Source: Eledone cirrhosa (taxonomy: Eukaryota). Taken from it: a DNA stretch of 64,000 nucleotides. The notes below the pieces were generated by a model. It saw only the letters and a program-made list of their open reading frames with translations. It was not told the DNA's origin and made no database searches. The DNA is taken from the NCBI GenBank assembly GCA_964016885.1, contig OZ024741.1, positions 154,070,001 through 154,134,000 of the forward strand, written 5' to 3'. Both the position numbers and the translations under genes were made by a program. Positions 11,922-23,059 of the stretch are shown in pieces. How positions within the stretch are numbered: position 1 is the stretch's first letter; the number at the start of each line of letters is the position of its first letter.

Positions 11922-12094
11922 TTGTGTGTACTGATTTGTTATCACTAATCTTCAGTCATGAAATCAAAACTGAAGATTAGTGATGACAGTATGCATAAAG
12001 CTTCTAATAATGGAAAAAGCAAGTCTTTGTCAACAAAGTCTATGAAACTGTTAGTTTCTTGAATGTGTAGCTAATACCATATATATATATATAT

Positions 12095-12365
12095 ATGAAT
12101 GTATGTATGGTATATTTGGTAATATACCATATGTTTAATTAAAAACATTTTGAAGATGTTGCGCTATTATTTTAAAGTAGTGACTATGTCACTTACTTCT
12201 TTTTTCGGCAAAAGAAGGGAGAGAAGCTGACAGATTCTGTTTCACACTGTTGGTGTTCCTCAGAGCAACGTACTCCCTGCCTCTGCCGAAAATTATAGAG
12301 GCTGGATTCTTATAGAATTCCAGTAATAATCAAGAACTGATTATACAGAGCGAGGCTACTAGCTG
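12095..12365 (-). mobile_element. Diverged monomer of the 313-nt hammerhead retrozyme family
   Basis: Colinear similarity to 32672-32930 (ATGAATGTATGTAT..GTTTAATTAAAAACATTTTGAAGA..GGATTCTTATAGAATTCCAG); adjoins (TA)n. Confidence 0.8.
12216..12278 (-). ncRNA. Type-I hammerhead ribozyme (canonical core, GUC cleavage triplet)
   Basis: Minus strand: AGGGAG-tacgtt-GCT CTGAGGA ACAC-caaca-GTGT GAAA CAGAATCTG TC^ AGC-ttct-CTCCCT. Stems I (with internal loop), II and III all pair. Confidence 0.8.
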
Positions 12366-12719
12366 AATACATGGCAATGTCATGGTATGTATGATATATA
12401 TTTAATGTCTCCTTATTCCTAAGTAAGAATTCTCCTCCCAACAAAGGAACTGTAATTCTTCCAATATTGGTTATTCCAATGTCTTGGAATGATTGGTGTT
12501 CTTTCTTGAGTTCCAGAAACCATGGTCGGGGAACTAAATAAGTAAAACTGACTTATTTTAGGTGATCCAACTTATATCCCCCCAAATTGAGATTTTGGCT
12601 TAAGTTTAATATATTTTATATATATATACATATATATATATATAGAGAGAGAGAAATAGATATAGATATATATTTATGAATATTTGGTTGGCTGAGCAGT
12701 GACTGGGGTGAAAACCATA

Positions 12720-13515
12720 CTGTTCATCAGCTGGCTAGGACTCAACAATCTCCCTACATCTCTTTACCAGACACTTAGCATAAACTTTACTGGGGAAGCT
12801 TAAGGAGATCCCTCTGTAATTAGAACAATCTCTCTTGTTTCCCTTTTTGAAAATTGGGATTATCACTCCTGATTGCCTCTGCTTAGGTGCCTTTCCAGAA
12901 ATCCAGGCCACCTGGCACACATGAGTCAGTCAGAAAATACCTTCTCTATTTAAGGCTTTTAACAATTCAGGCTGGATTTCATTTTGCCAGCAGTCTTGCC
13001 ACTTTTGAGCTCTTTAACTGCTCTTATGACCTCAGCCTCTGAGAGATTAGCCACTACTCCCAGATGCATCTCGTGTATGTCAGAATATGTTGTTGTGATT
13101 GAGAAATAGTGGGAATATTGCCAAGAGGTATATTCTTGTTTTGTAGACCTCAGAAAGGTATATAACTACATTCCTTGGGACCTGCTGTGGAAGGTTCTTC
13201 AGGAGTATGGGATCGATGGTCAGCTTTTGTTGCTCTGATGTCTCTATATGAATGCCTGAGTATTTGTGTTCGGATAAATGGTGCTAAATCAAAACCATTC
13301 AATGTGGGAGTTGGACTCTGCCAAGTGTGCATACTGTCACCTCTCCTGTTCATTATTTTCATGAACAGGATTGACATGTGCAGCCAGATTGGAAGTGGTA
13401 TCCTGACTGGCAGGTGTAAAACCAGTTGGCTGGAATTTGCAGATGACATGGTGTTACTTAACTCAACAGAAGGGGATTTCCGACTTGCACTTGATAGGTT
13501 TGATGCCAAGTGCTG
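12720..13515. pseudogene. Two oppositely oriented RTE-like RT fragments
   Basis: IIPIFKKGNKRDCSNYRGISL on the minus strand; VGVGLCQVCILSPLLFIIFM..EFADDMVLL on the plus strand. Confidence 0.75.
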
Positions 13516-13516
13516 T

Positions 13517-13685
13517 ATTTATAACACTATTTTAGGTTTTATGGCAAGGCTCAGATTCCAAATACAGTCTAACACCTTATTCAGGTTTCAAAATTCAAAC
13601 TGTCTGACACCTGAAAAAGGGCAGGCTTTTATAGACTGCATTTAAAATCTCAGCCTTGGAATGAACCTAAAGTAGTGTTATAAAT
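13517..13685. repeat. Imperfect fold-back (MITE-like), ~55-bp arms
   Basis: ATTTATAACACTATTTTAGGTT..CAAGGCT..AAATACAGTCTA versus TAGACTGCATTT..AGCCTTG..AACCTAAAGTAGTGTTATAAAT. Confidence 0.65.
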
Positions 13686-13891
13686 GTTTCGAATGTGCAG
13701 TTCATAATAAATTAGCTCTCTTTCTATATATAGAGAACTCTTTTCTTTCTTGTTGATTCTCTTGCAACATATATATATTGTTGTTGGACCACCTTTATTT
13801 TTAAAGATGAGTGCTGAATTTTCTCATAACGTGACAACCTATCTAACTCATGCAAGCATGGAAAATGGACATTAGATGATGATGATGATGA

Positions 13892-13938
<47 letters not shown>

Positions 13939-13944
13939 GATAGA

Positions 13945-14525
13945 TAGATGGATGCAACAATGAGGGCCTACCCCATGCAGACGTTACTGAGGGAACAGCC
14001 ATAAAAGTTGACAACAGTATAATAGATAAAGCAATTAAGAACATGAAGGTAGTGAAAGCTGCTGGACTATCCAGTAGAGTTACTGAGATGCTAAAATACA
14101 AGCTAGTCAGACTAATTAATCAAGTAGTACAGGGTGGTGTCTTACCCAATGACTGATGCAGCAATATCATTGTAAATTGCCCCAAAGGCAAAGGAGATGC
14201 ATGAAAGAGAAGAAACTACAAAGATATCAAGTTGATGGACCAAGTCATGAAAGTTGCTGAAAGGTTTATAGTATAACTAATTTGGGAAAGAATCAAGTTA
14301 GATGAGATATGGTTTGGATTTATGCCAGGCAGGGGTATTACCAATGCCCTCTTCCTGGTGAGACAACTACAGGAGATGTACTTAGCTAAGAATATGCCAC
14401 TGTATTTATAGATCTGGAGAAGGCATTTGAGAGAGTCCTGTGCTTTGTAATCTAGAGAGCACTTAGGAAACTAGGTGTAAATGAATGGCTTGTGAGGGCT
14501 GTACAAGCCATGTATAGAGGAGCAA
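13945..14525 (+). pseudogene. Decayed RTE RT fragment
   Basis: KAIKNMKVVKAAG..., PKGKGDA*KRRNYKDIKLMDQVMK..., FGFMPGRG..., DLEKAFERV. Confidence 0.75.
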
Positions 14526-14680
14526 CCGGCCTTCATGGGTATGGAGGTATGTGCGTAATGTGGTTAGGTTTATATGGCAATATAATATATTGATTGAACT
14601 TTGTTATGGTGGAGTGTGGGGGAGGGCAGGTGTTAAAAATGTCTACAATAATCAATATAATTGATATAACAAGAAGAGGG

Positions 14681-14716
14681 TCTTAACATTTCGGACGCTA
14701 GTCCTTCATCAGAAGA
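14681..14716 (-). ncRNA. Minimal type-I hammerhead ribozyme of the Penelope pLTR type
   Basis: Minus strand: TCTT CTGATGA A GGAC-tagc-GTCC GAAA TGTT^ AAGA. Near-palindromic stem III AA(C>T)GTT; next to (TA)n. Confidence 0.7.
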
Positions 14717-15292
14717 AAGAAGAAATATATATATATACATACATAAATACACACATATATATATATACATACACACAGCACACATATTACCATCCAGGAT
14801 TTAAAAAAAGCTTTCACATATATTCTTACCATGTCCTTTCTATAAAGAATTATTACAACTCTCTCTCATGTAGACACTGTTACCATCCTCTTTCCATAAA
14901 GACTTCTTACAGCTATCTCACCTATAAACACCCTCTTACTATGTCTTTTCCATAAAGACTTGCTGCAGTTCTCTCACATTAGAGATTTGGCAGCAGAAAA
15001 AAAAGGTTGCTCTCCCATCATTGCTGTTGTAAAGTAAATAAAAGTGTGAATATATCCTAACAACAAAAAATTAACACAAACAGCAACATTAAAGAGACAC
15101 AAAGGCACAAGGAAGAAAAAATGGTAGTTAGACAGTTAATTGAGGGAGAACAATACAATACTGCACCGGTAATGCATTGACCCCAGTGCATTACTGGTGC
15201 ATTATTTTATCGACCTGTAAGGATGAAAGGCAAAGCAAACCTCAGCGGGATTTAAAGTTAAGCTAAAAATGGCCGTAACTATATGCTGCAAG

Positions 15293-15410
15293 GCATGGTG
15301 TATGACACTCTACCTATACTGCCATGGTGTATGACACTCTACCTATACTGCCATGGTGTATGACACTCTACCTATACTGCCATGGTGTATGACACTCTAC
15401 CTATACTGCC
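15293..15410. repeat. 29-bp tandem repeat x4 inside a minus-strand SINE
   Basis: CATGGTGTATGACACTCTACCTATACTGC repeated 4 times. Confidence 0.9.
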
Positions 15411-15579
15411 AATCCACTGCCCAAGGACTAATATTGTTTAGCCCCCAGGACAGATGTTAATTAGATCCAAGACAGATGTTTAAAACCATGTGACTGATGA
15501 TTAGCCCCAGGAGTGATGTTGTTTAGCCCCAGGACATATGTTAATTAACCCAAGGACTGATGTTGTTTGACCCCAGGAG

Positions 15580-17540
15580 TACACCCATGGATCACCATAA
15601 GGTTCCCCCTATTTAGCTGCTATTTCTAGAACACCTATGGACCACCATAAAATCCTCTTATTTAGCTTCTATTTCTAGCAAACCGGTGGACCATCATGAG
15701 GTCCCTCCTTTTAAGCTGCTATTTCTATCACACCTATGGACCACCATGAGGTTCCACCTGTTCAGCTGATGTAGCTGCTATTTCTAACACCGCTATGGAC
15801 CATCAGGAGGTTCCCCAAATTTAGCTAATTCCTAGTACACATATGGACCACCATTAGGTTCCGGATATTTAGCTGCTATTTCTAGAAAACCTATGGACCA
15901 CCATAAGGTTTCCCCCTAATGTTTTGGTAATGTAGCTGCTATTTCTAGCAAACCTATAGACCACTAAGTAATTCCTATTATTTAGTTGCTATTTCTTGCA
16001 CACTATGAAGTTCACTCTGTTTAGTTGATGTAGCTACTATATCTAGAATACCTATGGACCACCATGAGGACTCCCTATTTAGCTGCTATTTCTAGTACAC
16101 CTATGGATAACCATGACATTCACTCTATTTAGCTGCTATTTCTAGCACACTATGAGGTTCCCATGTTTAGCCGATGTAGCTGCTATTTCTAGAACACCTA
16201 TAGACCAGCAAGATATTTCCCTTAATTAGCTGATGTTATTCCTAGCACACTTATAGACCACCACGAGGCCCCCCAATTTATCTGGTATTTCTATCTGATA
16301 TAACTGCTATTTCTAGCACGCCTATGGACCACTATGAAGTTACCCCCTATTTAGCTGCTATTTCTAGCAAACCTATAAACCACCAAGTAATTCCCGCTAT
16401 CTAGCAGCTATTTCTTGCACACATATAGTCTACTATGAGGTTCACTCTGTTTACTTGATGTAACAGCTATTTCTAGCACTCCTATGGACCTCTATAATAT
16501 TCCCCATATTAAGCTACTATTTCTAGCACAACTAAGGACCACCAAAGGTTCACCCTATTTAACTGTTACTTCTAGCACACCTATGAGCCACCATGAGGTT
16601 CACCTTATTTAGCTGCTATTTCTAGCACACCTATGGACCATCAAGAGGTTCCCCCTGTTAAGCTGTTGTAGCTGCTATTTCAAGCACACCTATAAACCAC
16701 TATGAAGTTCCCCATATTTAGCTGCTATCTCTAGCACACCTATAGACCACCATTAGGTTCCCTCTATTTATCTGCTATTTCTAGCAAACCTATGGACCAC
16801 CATGCGGTATCCCCTTTTCGCTGCTATCCCTATTTAGCTAATGTAGCTGCTATTCCTAGCACACTTATGGACCACCATGAGGTTCCCCCTATTTAGCTAA
16901 TCTAGGTGCTATTTCTAGCACACGTATAGACCACCATAAGGTTACCCTATTTAGCTGCTATTTCTAGCTGATGTACCTGCTATTTCTAGCACACTGCTAT
17001 GCCACCGTGAGGTTTACCAAACCTATGGACCACCATATGGTTTCTTCTATTTAGCTGCTATTTCTAGTACGCCTATGGACTACTATGAGGTTCTCCCTTT
17101 TTAGCTGCTATTTCTAGCACGCCTATGGACTACCATGATGTTTCCCCTATTTAGCTGCTATCTCTAGTATGCCTATGGACCACCATGAGGATCCTCCTAT
17201 TTAATTGCTATTTCGAGCTGATGTAGCTGCTATTTCTAGCATATATATGGAGCACCATGAGGTTCCATCTATTTAGCTGCTATTTCTTTTACACCTATGG
17301 TTTACCTTAAGGTCTCATAAGCTGGTGTAGCTACTATTTCTAGCACACCTATTGACCACAATGAGGATCTTCCTATTCAGCTTCTATTTCCAGCACACCT
17401 ATCGACCACCATGCTATTTCTAGCACAGCTATTGATGACCATAAAGTCCCTCCTATTTAGCTGTTCATTTCTAACACACCTATGGACCACCATCAAGTTC
17501 TCCATTTTTAACTGCTATTTCTAGAACACCTATGAACCAA
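15580..17540. repeat. Diverged minisatellite with a unit of ~48 bp and ~60-bp variants
   Basis: Consensus TAGCTGCTATTTCTAGCACACCTATGGACCACCATGAGGTTCCCCTATT, with an optional TAGCTGATG insertion. Confidence 0.9.
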
Positions 17541-17854
17541 TTCCCAAATAAACAGGAAGTTAGTCATTGTTCCACCAGGAATGTGTCATACATGAAAATA
17601 TATTTTAGTGGGTGGAGGGGAATAATTATAAATCATAGATTGACATTTGTAGAAATAATTCTTGTTACATGATATTGTCACCATTAATGGAGGAAGTATC
17701 AAATTTGTGGTTATTCAGTAATCTTGTAACAAATCACAACACACATTGGTAAATAACAGAGAATGGTGTTGTATTGTTCAACTATTGTTGTCACTGTTGT
17801 TATGGCGGTAATTGGCAGGATACACACACACACACACCCAAATACATACATTCA

Positions 17855-18442
17855 CACTTAGAATTTGCATCACCAGTCTGGAACCTCTATCTTGCTTAGA
17901 ACATTGACTGCCTGGAAACTGTTCAGAGACGTGCAACCAAGCGAATACCCTCCATCAGGCATCTACCATACTCTGAACGCCTTGCTTCCCTGGGCATGGA
18001 TACATTGAAGCTCCGATGCCTGGCAACTGACTTGGTAAACACCCACAAAATTATTAACCATCTTGCCAACAACAACCCTGAGCACCATGTGCTTAACACA
18101 TGTGTTTAACACACGTGGGCATGTCCACAAAGTCAGAAAACAGCACAGTTACCATGACTTTCAGAAACATTTTTTCACGCTCAGACTTGCTGAAGCATGG
18201 AACAAACTACCTGCATCAGTTGTTAACTGTCGAGACACTGCATCTTTAAAACCTCCATGATTCCTGAGATTCGCCAACACTACACCTAATATTCCCCCTC
18301 CATACACATACACACACACATGTATATCATGACTCATACACTATTCACCTCTCTGACATTTGTATATTATTCTGTGTACTATACATGTACCTTTGACGAG
18401 TTGTAGTGCACCTGAGCACTGTACACAATAATTTAATTATTA
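17855..18442 (+). mobile_element. 3' fragment of the CR1/L2-like LINE family also found at 28360-30890
   Basis: HLEFASPVWNLYL...HFFTLRLAEAWNKLP; 3'UTR GAGTTGTAGTGCACCTGAGCACTGTAC followed by (TAA/TTA)n. A further 3'UTR copy lies at ~26395-26620. Confidence 0.85.
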
Positions 18443-19049
18443 TGTATAGTCCTGTAACTCCTGATAGAGTTGTAGGGGCACCGTATTGACATATGGTGTT
18501 TCTTGGGCATTTTAAGCCTGGCAGAGCCCATCCCTCCCCAGGCCTGAGTACAGAGGAAATGAGAAAGAAACATAGAGGAAGAATCACCCCAGTACTAGAC
18601 TGGTAATTTTTTTTATTGACCTTATAAGGATGAAAGGCAAAGTTGACCTCAGCTGGATTTGAACTCAGAGAGCAAAGAGCCAGAAAGAATACCATAAAGC
18701 ATGCTATCCAACGTTCTAACAACTCTGCCAATTCGCTGCTACATACATACAAACATATATACATACCTATGTGCATACACACATACATACATAAATACAT
18801 ATATACATTCATGCATGCATACATACATAGTGGAAGCCAACTCGTGTCCGAGTACAGTCACTTCTTAGAACAAAAGAAAACATACATTGGCAAAAGCATG
18901 TTGCTGTTGCTGTCGCAGATATTGCTTTAGATGGCTCATCAACCAAGAAGTGACTTATATATATGCAGGTAAGTTTCCCACCTGCTTGAGTTTAATTAGT
19001 GTGACATGTTTTGTGGTTTCATGTTAGTTCACCTACAGAGTGACACACT

Positions 19050-20280
19050 TTGGTACAGATGTCACATGCAAAATTAGAGAGTATTGGGTGTTTAAAAGTG
19101 TTATTTCTATGAGTATGACGTCTGCTATGATTTAGTAGCTCAGCCTTTGCCATACATACACGTCTACATACCTCAGATAAGAGTTTCTTTCAAACTTCAT
19201 TCTTGAAGAGATCTAACATCCCCCGCATGCTTAACTGCTTGCTTCACTTCACTATAGGTCCTTTGCTTCTCTTCAAATTCCTTAACACTTGTAGCAGTCA
19301 GATTTCACTACTGGGCTCTGTCTGTTGCAAGATTTCCCCTTTTCAGTACTGTTGTTTACCTTCTTTGAGGTATCTTTCAGGTAGCTTTTAAAATGCTTAT
19401 GTGGCTTGCACTGCAGGCTTTTGCCTTGCAATAGTTCTCCATACAATACTTGTTTTGGGAGTCTGCTATCCTCTTGGAATCTGCATACTATGTGTCCTGA
19501 CCACTGGTGACATTGTATCATGATCATGGTCTTGATGCTTGGCAGACAGGCCCAATGCAGCACATCAATGTCTGGTATGAGACCTCCATGAAATCTTGAG
19601 GATGGAGCTCAAGGATTGTTGGTGGAAAGGTTTGAGATACTGGATATACCTACAGTATCTTGACCATGTCTCACATACAGCAAGGCTATAAGCACACATG
19701 CTTAACTGTGACCATAGGTTCTTCTCCAGCTTACCAAAAGCATCAGAATCAGAAGCTTTAGACAGCCAGTAGCTATCTTCTTCATCAAGGGTGCTGATTC
19801 TGGAGAGAATACTACCCAGGTAGACAAACTTATCCACAACCTTCAATATTTTCCCTTTGACAAATATGGATGGTGGAATATATGGCTTTCTAGGTGCATG
19901 CTGGTACATCACCAGTTTATATTTCAAGTTTATTGTCAGCCCAAACTCATCACACTCTGCTGAGAAGCAATCCACCAGAAGTTGAAGGTCTTCATCTGAG
20001 AAGCTGACAAGATCACAGTCATCTGCATAAAGAATATCAGTGCAATATATGTTTTTGATCCAGCAAGGAATTGCTGGATATTAGAGAGCCTTCCTGTTGT
20101 TTGATAACATATATAGATATGCCATCAGTGTTGGTGAATGTTTTAATAAAACAACTGCAAAGAAGATGGCAAGTTCAGAACAAGCAGGTCACTCTGTTTC
20201 ATGCTGTCTCAACTGAGAGGTTCTAGGAGCTCACTATTGATGCAAACCCATGCTCTCATGTCATGTTTATACCCTTATAT
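19050..20280 (-). pseudogene. Decayed RTE/BovB-like LINE 3' part
   Basis: LYADDCDL, FGLTINLK, VVDKFVYLGSILS, RLPKQVLYGEL. Confidence 0.8.
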
Positions 20281-20528
20281 GGTCAAACTACACCCCTAAT
20301 AATATGGCCAGTTAACCGTGAGGCCTTTCGGCTAACAGTCCAGAACTAGCTGTTGAAATGGCAAGTGCTCAGCTGTCGAGTCCTGACTCTTTATAATATA
20401 GCCATACTCTACTACTCCAAGTAAAGAGTACTCTGTTGAAGAATGTTCTAACTAGTTTTAAATTGGTTCTATCCTGATATATATAGAAGTAGTTCCACAA
20501 CAGTTAGTTCCCCATACCGAGAACAAAT

Positions 20529-20627
20529 GTTCCACCTTATGCGGATCTTCAGCTTGGTCTGAATGAAGTTGTACGGAACAGGAAAAACAACCGTACGAAT
20601 ATGCATGCACAGAAACTATTGTGGAAC
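20529..20627 (+). ncRNA. Degenerate hammerhead-like motif with a 5' inverted copy
   Basis: GTTCCAC [CTTATGC] branched stem II (CTTCA/TGAAG, GTACGG/CCGTAC) GAAA CTATT^ GTGGAAC. 7-bp stem I, but the core has 2 mismatches to CTGATGA. Inverted arm at 20474-20495. Confidence 0.4.
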
Positions 20628-20701
20628 TACTTCTACCAAACTCATCCCATGGACTGAGTGCTCTACTACTACGGATATATCCCTCCAGTGTTCTACAATT
20701 A

Positions 20702-20734
<33 letters not shown>

Positions 20735-21151
20735 GCAAAGTGGTCGTGGAGGTGCCACAGCAAAAGAGCACCCAGCCCACACTGTAAAGTGGACGTGTAG
20801 GTACCACGGCAAAAAAGCACCCAGCCCACACTGTAAAGTGGACGTGTAGGTACCATGGAAAAAAAGAGCACCTAGCACTCACTGTAAATGAGGTTGGTGT
20901 TAGGAAGGACATCCAGCTGTAGAAATCAAGCCAGAATCAGTTCCTGTATGAGTAAGACAAGGTTAGCCGACCGGACTCTGCCCACAACAGGACAACCTGT
21001 CTAACCCATGCTAGCGTGGAAGAACAGACGTGAAACGGTGATGATGATGATGTGTGTATGTATGTATGCATGTATGCATGTATGTGTATGTGTATAAATA
21101 GATATAGATATATTGATAGAGAAATAAATAGTTTTGTGATTTCTACAATGG

Positions 21152-21227
<76 letters not shown>

Positions 21228-21245
21228 TATATATATATATATACA

Positions 21246-21289
<44 letters not shown>

Positions 21290-21381
21290 CCAAAGATTAA
21301 TATGGTTCGTTGATTACTCAACGAATACAGTTTACAATAGATTAGAAGCACTCAAACACAAAAGTTTTCCTGGAGTTTTTA

Positions 21382-21696
21382 ATATTATTCAAAATGTTAA
21401 CAAATGAAAAATATCCACATAATCAAAATATATACTTTATTATATATATGTCAAAGGTACTGTGGTGTTTTTTTTTCAGTACGTCCTCATCAGACAAAAT
21501 ATATGATTTGATATATGACATACCGCTACAGGAATTGAATAATCAAGACCGTAGTGGTATGTCATATATCAAATCATATATTTTGTCTGATGAGGACGTA
21601 CTGAAAAAAACAGCACAGTACCTTTGAAATATATATAATAAAGTATATATTTTGATTATCCAAATATTTTTCATTTGTTAACATTTTGAATAATAT
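21382..21696. repeat. ~315-bp near-perfect palindrome (arms ~148 bp) carrying a hammerhead in each arm
   Basis: ATATTATTCAAAATGTTAAC...CATACCGCTAC / GTAGTGGTATG...GTTAACATTTTGAATAATAT. Confidence 0.92.
21577..21647 (+). ncRNA. Type-I hammerhead ribozyme candidate
   Basis: TATATTTTGT CTGATGA GGAC-GTACTG..CAGTAC-CTTT GAAA TATATA TA^ ATAAAGTATA. 10-bp stem I with two G-U pairs and a palindromic stem III; the base of stem II is imperfect. The mirror copy (21431-21503, minus) has GAAA>GACA. Confidence 0.6.
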
Positions 21697-21781
21697 ATAT
21701 ATGTATATATATATATATAAAAGACGTAAAATAAGAAAAATTTAAAAAATTTAAAAAATTAACTTACTTACTAAAATTTTC

Positions 21782-21863
21782 ACTCCAACTAATTAGTTTC
21801 TGCAATGGGATAAAGACAGTTACGTAATATAACTGTCGAGAATTCATTGCGTCATCAGGGAGT
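21782..21863 (-). ncRNA. Inverted identical copy of the 22319-22400 hammerhead
   Basis: Reverse complement of 22319-22400 over 82 nt. Confidence 0.72.
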
Positions 21864-22318
21864 CTAGTAAGTAAGTTAATTTTTTTTAATTTTTTAAAAT
21901 TTTCTTATTTTATGTCTTTTATATTATTGTTCTGCATCCTCCTGCATTGAACCACCTAGGTACTATGACATAACCTGTGTATTTGCTAGCATTAGCGTAC
22001 ATCTGTATGCATATGTTAGTAGATATACTAAATTCTCTATATTTATCTCCAAATTACTTATTTGTTGAGCAAACCTGCCAAAACCACTACTAATTTATTG
22101 GTGTGGTAGTAAGCTTCTGTCATCTTACCATCCCACTCCTACCGACTAGCCTCAGTGTCACGTGATTGATTCTTTAGAATCTGCCATTTGACCAGAGACA
22201 GCGAGCTTTTCAGTGCATGGAATCCAGTCCCCGCTAGCTGTTCCATCTACCGAATTATTATTATTTTTATATGAGTCCCCAGTGTCCGCGCATTGCCTGG
22301 AGACTTAGCTGAGAATAG

Positions 22319-22400
22319 ACTCCCTGATGACGCAATGAATTCTCGACAGTTATATTACGTAACTGTCTTTATCCCATTGCAGAAACTAATTAGTTGGAGT
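22319..22400 (+). ncRNA. Type-I hammerhead ribozyme with extended stem II
   Basis: ACTCC CTGATGA c GCAATG-[GACAGTTA/TAACTGTC hairpin]-CATTGC a GAAA CTAATTAG TT^ GGAGT. Palindromic stem III AACTAATTAGTT; predicted cut after 22395. Confidence 0.75.
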
Positions 22401-22596
22401 GAAAATTTTAGTAAGTAAGTTAATTTTTTACATTTTTAAAAATTTTCTTATTTTACGTCTTTTATATTATTGTTCTGCATCCTCCTGCATACTAGGTACT
22501 ATGACATAACCTGTGTACCTAGGTACTATGACATAACCTGTGTATTTGCTAGCATTAGCATACATCTGTACGCATATGTTAGTAGATATACTAAAT

Positions 22597-22629
<33 letters not shown>

Positions 22630-22674
22630 TCAAAGTTATAGTACTAGGAGAAACAAACGACTAGGCATGAAGTA

Positions 22675-22835
22675 AAGATTTATTTAGAGTCCGTTCTTTA
22701 ACATATGTTTCAATACAATATCAGCCTACGAGCGCTAGTTGCATATTATTATGCTCAATTACAAGCATTACATAAAATATTGCACTGATATTGTATTGAA
22801 ACATATGTTAAAGAAGAAACTCTAAATAAAATCTT
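22675..22835. repeat. Inverted repeat (~50-bp arms) containing a hammerhead 3' half
   Basis: TTCTTTAACATATGTTTCAATACAATATCAG / CTGATATTGTATT-GAAA-CATATG-TT-AAAGAA; no intact CTGANGA. Confidence 0.7.
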
Positions 22836-23012
22836 TCTCATCTAACCTTTACTTCTTGCCACTTAGATACTGTACATTGAACTCTCAAATTGGACTGTTA
22901 CCATACCTCCTACAATGACCATGTCGAAAAAATACTTTGGTAAGCAATATTCCCTATATACTTTGTTTGCACATTGATTCGCACAAACAAATTTTAACCT
23001 GACATATCTTTG

Positions 23013-23059
<47 letters not shown>

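Larger units (their letters stand above)
21715..22601 (+). mobile_element. Hammerhead-bearing non-coding element with Penelope-like architecture: 5' inverted arm plus partial tandem with a 544-bp period
   Basis: Direct repeat 21865-22038 = 22409-22601; 21715-21866 is the reverse complement of 22316-22467; flanked by (TA)n. Confidence 0.85.

Noticed and set aside
15580-17540. CRISPR-like appearance of conserved motifs alternating with variable segments
   Set aside because: The variable parts are homologous to each other, the context is eukaryotic and there are no cas genes; this is a minisatellite.
22675-22835. Complete hammerhead ribozyme
   Set aside because: Only GAAACATATGTT is intact; the best core candidate (CCTACGA) and stem I do not fit, so it is kept only as an inverted repeat.
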